DNA of 64,000 nt from Phycisphaerales bacterium. Its GTDB lineage: Bacteria; Planctomycetota; Phycisphaerae; WQYP01. This document shows, in pieces, positions 60,043-64,000 of this stretch. The stretch covers positions 1 through 64,000 of the forward strand of contig DAIDJN010000063.1 in assembly GCA_027451365.1 (NCBI GenBank). The letters run 5' to 3'. The translations under genes and the position numbers were made by a program. Each line of letters opens with the position of its first letter. Positions within the stretch are counted from its first letter, which is position 1. The notes beneath the pieces are model-generated. The model was not told where the DNA came from. It saw only the letters and a list, made by a program, of their open reading frames with translations, and did not search any database.

Positions 60043-60810
60043 ATGGTTCGTTTGAAGAATGGAGTCTCCAAATTGCTGCTACCGGCTGCCGCGGCCGCCG
60101 GTCTGCTGCTCGCGGGCGTTGGAAACGCCGGGGCAGCACCCGTCATTGAATACAGCCTTAATGGCGGGGCCAGTTTTTCCACCATCAGCCCGAGTACAGG
60201 CAGCCAGACCGTTGGCGCATATACGATCACGGGCCTAAGTGTCACCGCGACACAAAGCCTAACCAGTTCGGTGCTGGATTTATCTTTCAGTTCGCTGACA
60301 TCTACCGCGACCAACCAATCGCTGCTTCTGGAAGCTTCCGATACCGGGTTCACTTATGATCCGGCCACGGCATATCTGAATTCCGCGGCTTCAACATCGG
60401 TGAACGAATCGGCCGGATCTTCCGGCGGCGATACGATCAGCATGTCGGCCGGTTCAGATTCCGCAAATGCGACCTACGTCTTTAGCACTTCGGCTTCGCC
60501 ATCGCCGAACAGCTATTCCTCGCCAAGCTCCCAAAGTGGCGGGACCTATACCCCCACTTTCACCACGGGGCAAACCGCGACTACGAACATTAATTCAACG
60601 GGATATTCGCTTTCGACGTCGATCTCCGCGGCCATTCTTGGCAGCGTCGGTTTTAATGCATACGACTCGTTTGGTCCGACAACTTCAACGGCCTTTATCA
60701 CCACACCCGCAGGCCCGGCTCTGGCGATTCCGGCCACCGGCTGGCTTTCGCTGGTTGGCGGATCGGCGATGTTTGGCGGCCTGGCGATTCGCCGCCGCAT
60801 GAAATCCTGA
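60043..60810 (+). CDS. Ser/Thr-rich secreted protein with a variant exosortase-type C-terminal sorting signal
   Basis: AGGAG SD, signal peptide, S/T-rich body, C-terminal PALAIPATGWLSLVGGSAMFGGLAIRRRMKS (TM plus basic tail). Confidence 0.75.
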   Translation: MVRLKNGVSKLLLPAAAAAGLLLAGVGNAGAAPVIEYSLNGGASFSTISPSTGSQTVGAYTITGLSVTATQSLTSSVLDLSFSSLTSTATNQSLLLEASDTGFTYDPATAYLNSAASTSVNESAGSSGGDTISMSAGSDSANATYVFSTSASPSPNSYSSPSSQSGGTYTPTFTTGQTATTNINSTGYSLSTSISAAILGSVGFNAYDSFGPTTSTAFITTPAGPALAIPATGWLSLVGGSAMFGGLAIRRRMKS

Positions 60811-60841
60811 CCCACCTGCTGTTTATAATTAACTTTCCATT

Positions 60842-60879
60842 GCGGGATGGCCGATCATTGGCCACCCCGCTTTTTTTTT
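60842..60879 (+). terminator. Intrinsic terminator
   Basis: GCGGGATGGCC...GGCCACCCCGC plus 9 T. Confidence 0.75.
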
Positions 60880-61053
60880 GCGATTTCACATCAATCAGCC
60901 ACCGGAATACTTTATCGCAATTTTGGCTTTTTCGCGGGAAGCCGGGCCGCCTGAATGCCACCGCAAAACCGATTCGCATTCAGCACTACCCGCGGCTGCC
61001 GCCATCATCTGCTCCGTGCTGACGTTTCCCGGCCGGGGCGGTATAACTTGGCC

Positions 61054-61488
61054 ATGGCAATCTTCGGACATGGCATAGACATGGTGGAAATTGACCGCAT
61101 CGACGGGCTGTTGGCCCGCCATGGCGACCATTTTCTGACACGCTGCTTTACACCAGCGGAACGCACCTATTGTGCCGCCAGACACACACCGGCCATGCAC
61201 TTTGCCGCGCGCTTTTGTGTGAAAGAAGCGCTGGTAAAGGCGCTGGGAACAGGCTTTCGTGGCACAATGGCCTGGACGGACATAAGTGTGGAAAGCGACC
61301 CACTGGGCAAGCCACGCGTGCGGTTAAGCGGGGCCACGGCGGACATTGCCGCCGCACGCGGCATTACATATTGGCATATTTCAATATCTCATACCAGACA
61401 GCATGCCATCGCCAGCGTCATTGCCGAATCAGCCGCGGTCGCCACCGGGACGGTATTGCGCAAAACAGACACTCAGCCTCAATATTGA
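61054..61488 (+). CDS. acpS: Holo-[acyl-carrier-protein] synthase
   Basis: GHGIDMVE, FAARFCVKEA.VKALGTG, GKP, HISISH. Confidence 0.93.
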   Translation: MAIFGHGIDMVEIDRIDGLLARHGDHFLTRCFTPAERTYCAARHTPAMHFAARFCVKEALVKALGTGFRGTMAWTDISVESDPLGKPRVRLSGATADIAAARGITYWHISISHTRQHAIASVIAESAAVATGTVLRKTDTQPQY

Positions 61489-61537
61489 AAAAAAACAAAC
61501 CGCCCCGCCGGCCGACGGATGATTCTCTGGGGCTGTT

Positions 61538-61927
61538 TCAGACCGTGGCCGTGGTGGCGGCGCGGAATTCCGCCCAATCTGCGTTGTCCCAGCCGACATG
61601 GCTGCCGATGGGAAACTCTGTCGCCGGCTGGTTTTCAGGCAACTTGACGGTGACTTCATAACCGGTCTGCACGCGCAATTCATTGCGATGCACATTCTGT
61701 TCCAGCACCATGCCCTGCATGCGCCGGGGGCGGCCGAACAAAGGTTCCACATAATTTCCACCCAGACTGACCATTTCCGCTTTACGCGCATAGGCGTAAA
61801 CTTCACCCACCACGCGGCTGCCAATCTGGGGCGGTTCGCCGACAAATTTGAAGGTGTTGCAATAATTGGCATTGAGCATTTTAAGGGTCACCAGGCCATC
61901 CTGGGTTGCGTCCACAATAAATTTCAT
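61538..61927 (-). CDS. Hypothetical protein
   Basis: GGAG SD; natural-looking beta-rich sequence GGNYVEPLFGRPRRMQG; no function recognised. Confidence 0.6.
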   Translation of the reverse strand: MKFIVDATQDGLVTLKMLNANYCNTFKFVGEPPQIGSRVVGEVYAYARKAEMVSLGGNYVEPLFGRPRRMQGMVLEQNVHRNELRVQTGYEVTVKLPENQPATEFPIGSHVGWDNADWAEFRAATTATV

Positions 61928-62299
61928 GCGTCGGGTCTCCAATTCATACGGCCACCAGTCCATGGCCGAACCGGATTATACGCGCGCCGCGGCCGGCGGC
62001 AAAGGGCCGAGCGGGCAGTCGGGCCACGGGGAAGCTGCTTACAGCGACCCTATTTTGCGGATATTGAACATGACTTGCCAAAGACCCATGCTGGCTTATT
62101 GCACGGCTTTGCGCGGGGAGAATGCGTTGCCGATGGATCGGGACGATGTATGAATGCGGTCCTGATTATCTTTATGGCGTGAGCGCCAGCGTGCCGGGCG
62201 GAACGCCGGGCACCTGATTTTGCCGCTCCGATCACTCTGCCTGAATCACGGCGCTGCGCTTCAGCCTGCTGCCGCATAAGAAGCCAGAACGGGCGGAAA

Positions 62300-63169
62300 T
62301 TATTTGCGATCGCGCACCGCGAAGCGAACCGCGGCGGTAAATACCAGCACCAGAGTGACGAGAGCCAGCACGCCGGTCCAGGCCTGATGCCGCCAGGAAA
62401 GCTCCGCGGATTGCGAATATTGCCAGATTTTCAATGTCAGCGATGGATAAGGCTGATTGGGGTCATACACGGCCTGATCATTGCCCAGCGCCGTAAAAAG
62501 CAACGGCGCGGTTTCACCGGCCACACGGGCAATCGCCAGCATAATGCCGGTGGCGATGCCGGCTTTGGCCGCCGGCAGAATAACCAGCATTAGCGTTTGG
62601 GCCTGTGAAGCCCCCAGTCCAGCGGAGGCTTCCCGATGGGGGTGTGGCACAAGACGCAGCATTTCCTCGGTGGCTCTGGCAATAATCGGCACCATGATAA
62701 ACGCCAGCGCCAGTGCCCCGGACCAGCCGGACTGATGATGCATGGGTACCACCACAAGCTGCCAGGCAATCACCCCAAGAAGAATCGTTGGCGTGCCAGC
62801 CAGCAGATCAATCACCAGGCGGGCCGCATGGGTGAACAAACCTTTTCCAGCATATTCGGCCAGATAAATTCCGCACAACATGCCCAATGGAACGCCCAGT
62901 ACACTGGCCAGCATAACCAGAATCACCGTGCCAATAATGCAGTTGCGCATCCCTTCCGGAGACTGCAACGGCAGATTGGTAAAAAACGCCGGGGTGATAT
63001 ATTCGAATCCGCGAATACCTATATACGACAGCACCACAAACAGCACCGCCAAAGCCAGCCCCGTGGATATGATGCAAAGCGCCGCCACGCCGCGGCTTAT
63101 CCAGCGGCGGCCGGGCCGGCGGCCGGCGAAAGGATTGCTCAAATCTGTTGGCGTTGCGGTCTGATTCAT
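62300..63169 (-). CDS. pstA: Phosphate ABC transporter permease PstA
   Basis: GIYLAEY, LAGTPTI, ARVAGETAPLLFT. Confidence 0.92.
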   Translation of the reverse strand: MNQTATPTDLSNPFAGRRPGRRWISRGVAALCIISTGLALAVLFVVLSYIGIRGFEYITPAFFTNLPLQSPEGMRNCIIGTVILVMLASVLGVPLGMLCGIYLAEYAGKGLFTHAARLVIDLLAGTPTILLGVIAWQLVVVPMHHQSGWSGALALAFIMVPIIARATEEMLRLVPHPHREASAGLGASQAQTLMLVILPAAKAGIATGIMLAIARVAGETAPLLFTALGNDQAVYDPNQPYPSLTLKIWQYSQSAELSWRHQAWTGVLALVTLVLVFTAAVRFAVRDRK

Positions 63170-63200
63170 GCGCGGTCTTTCCTGAAGTTCAGTTACATTT

Positions 63201-64000
63201 TCAGTGGGTGCCTTTGCCGCCGCTGATTCGGGACAAAAGCAGCCTCGCCGAGACATTGGTCAGCAACGAACTGACCATTAAAACCAATGCGACATAGAAC
63301 ATGGCGCTTAAATAAATCGGATGGTCGGCTTCCATAAATTCATTGGCAAGCACGCCCGACATGGATTGTCCGCCGGCGAAAAGACTCGCGCTGATCGAAT
63401 CGGTATTCCCAATGACCATAATAACCGCCATCGTTTCACCGATTGCCCGAGCCATGCCCAGCATGACGGCACCGAAAATTCCGGCCCGGCAATAGCCCAG
63501 CGCCAGGCGAGTGGTTTGCCACCAGGTCGCCCCAAGGCCATAAGCGCCCTGCTCCAGTTCCGCGGGAAACTGCCGCAGAACATCGCGCGTGATCGCCGTG
63601 ATAATAGGAAGAACCATAATGGTCAGAATCAGACCGCCGGCGAGAAAATCACTGCCTGAAGGACCACCGCGAACCAGATTGGCCGGAAAAAATTCGATAC
63701 GTCCACTCGGATATTTTCCCACGGGAAAGAGTTTAATGTGTCTTAACACAGCGTAAATCGCCGGTTCCAGGTAGTTCTGCAGCCACGGGGACATCACAAA
63801 ACAGCCCCACAATCCGTAGGCAATGCTGGGAATTGCGGCCAGAAGTTCCACCAGGAACGAAACCGGCCCGGCCAGCCACCGGGGTGAAAGTCTGGTAATA
63901 AAAATGGCCACGCCTAGGCTCAAGGGCACACCAAACACAAGTGCCAGCAGCGTTGTAATTCCCGTACCGTACATAAACGCCAGTACGCCGTATTGGTCGC
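63201..64000 (-). CDS. pstC: Phosphate ABC transporter permease PstC (5' truncated by window edge)
   Basis: ELLAAIPSIAYGLWG, LGATWWQ, ARAIGETMAV.MVIGN. Confidence 0.92.
   Translation of the reverse strand, partial: DQYGVLAFMYGTGITTLLALVFGVPLSLGVAIFITRLSPRWLAGPVSFLVELLAAIPSIAYGLWGCFVMSPWLQNYLEPAIYAVLRHIKLFPVGKYPSGRIEFFPANLVRGGPSGSDFLAGGLILTIMVLPIITAITRDVLRQFPAELEQGAYGLGATWWQTTRLALGYCRAGIFGAVMLGMARAIGETMAVIMVIGNTDSISASLFAGGQSMSGVLANEFMEADHPIYLSAMFYVALVLMVSSLLTNVSARLLLSRISGGKGTH

Overview
Bacterial chromosomal window, most likely a planctomycete of the Phycisphaerae type. This is inferred from the PEP-CTERM proteins, prepilin-type DUF1559-like proteins, XylR-type AraC regulator and planctomycete-style REP-like palindromes. 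In order: end of a four-helix-bundle gene; ugd and an NDP-sugar epimerase; an orphan phage-type module (ParB-like, ABC-ATPase/GNAT fusion, TerS-like, TerL) with no portal, capsid or integrase; an ImmA/IrrE-DUF4411(PIN) pair; a ~17 kb carbohydrate locus (XylR/AraC, GH31-PA14, GH51, GH79, LacI, three PEP-CTERM genes, one prepilin-like gene); a sigma54-type nitrate assimilation and molybdenum cofactor operon followed by gltA and an aldo-keto reductase; GT2 and GT3-like glycosyltransferases; a second prepilin-like gene behind a long structured leader; RluA; a probable type II R-M pair; NfeD-flotillin-PspA; queD, DoxX, a variant PEP-CTERM-like gene, acpS, and pstA/pstC (partial). The most notable signals are three: (1) the self-contained DNA packaging plus probable DNA modification module; (2) a bipartite motif GTCTC-N20-TGTAGA, with tandem upstream half-sites, lying ~300 bp before all three PEP-CTERM genes and the prepilin-like gene of the glycan locus; (3) two PEP-CTERM genes with near-identical 5' and homologous 3' cassettes around unrelated passenger domains. 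No tRNA, rRNA, CRISPR array or transposase was recognised. All calls come from motif reading by eye; no database searches were run.
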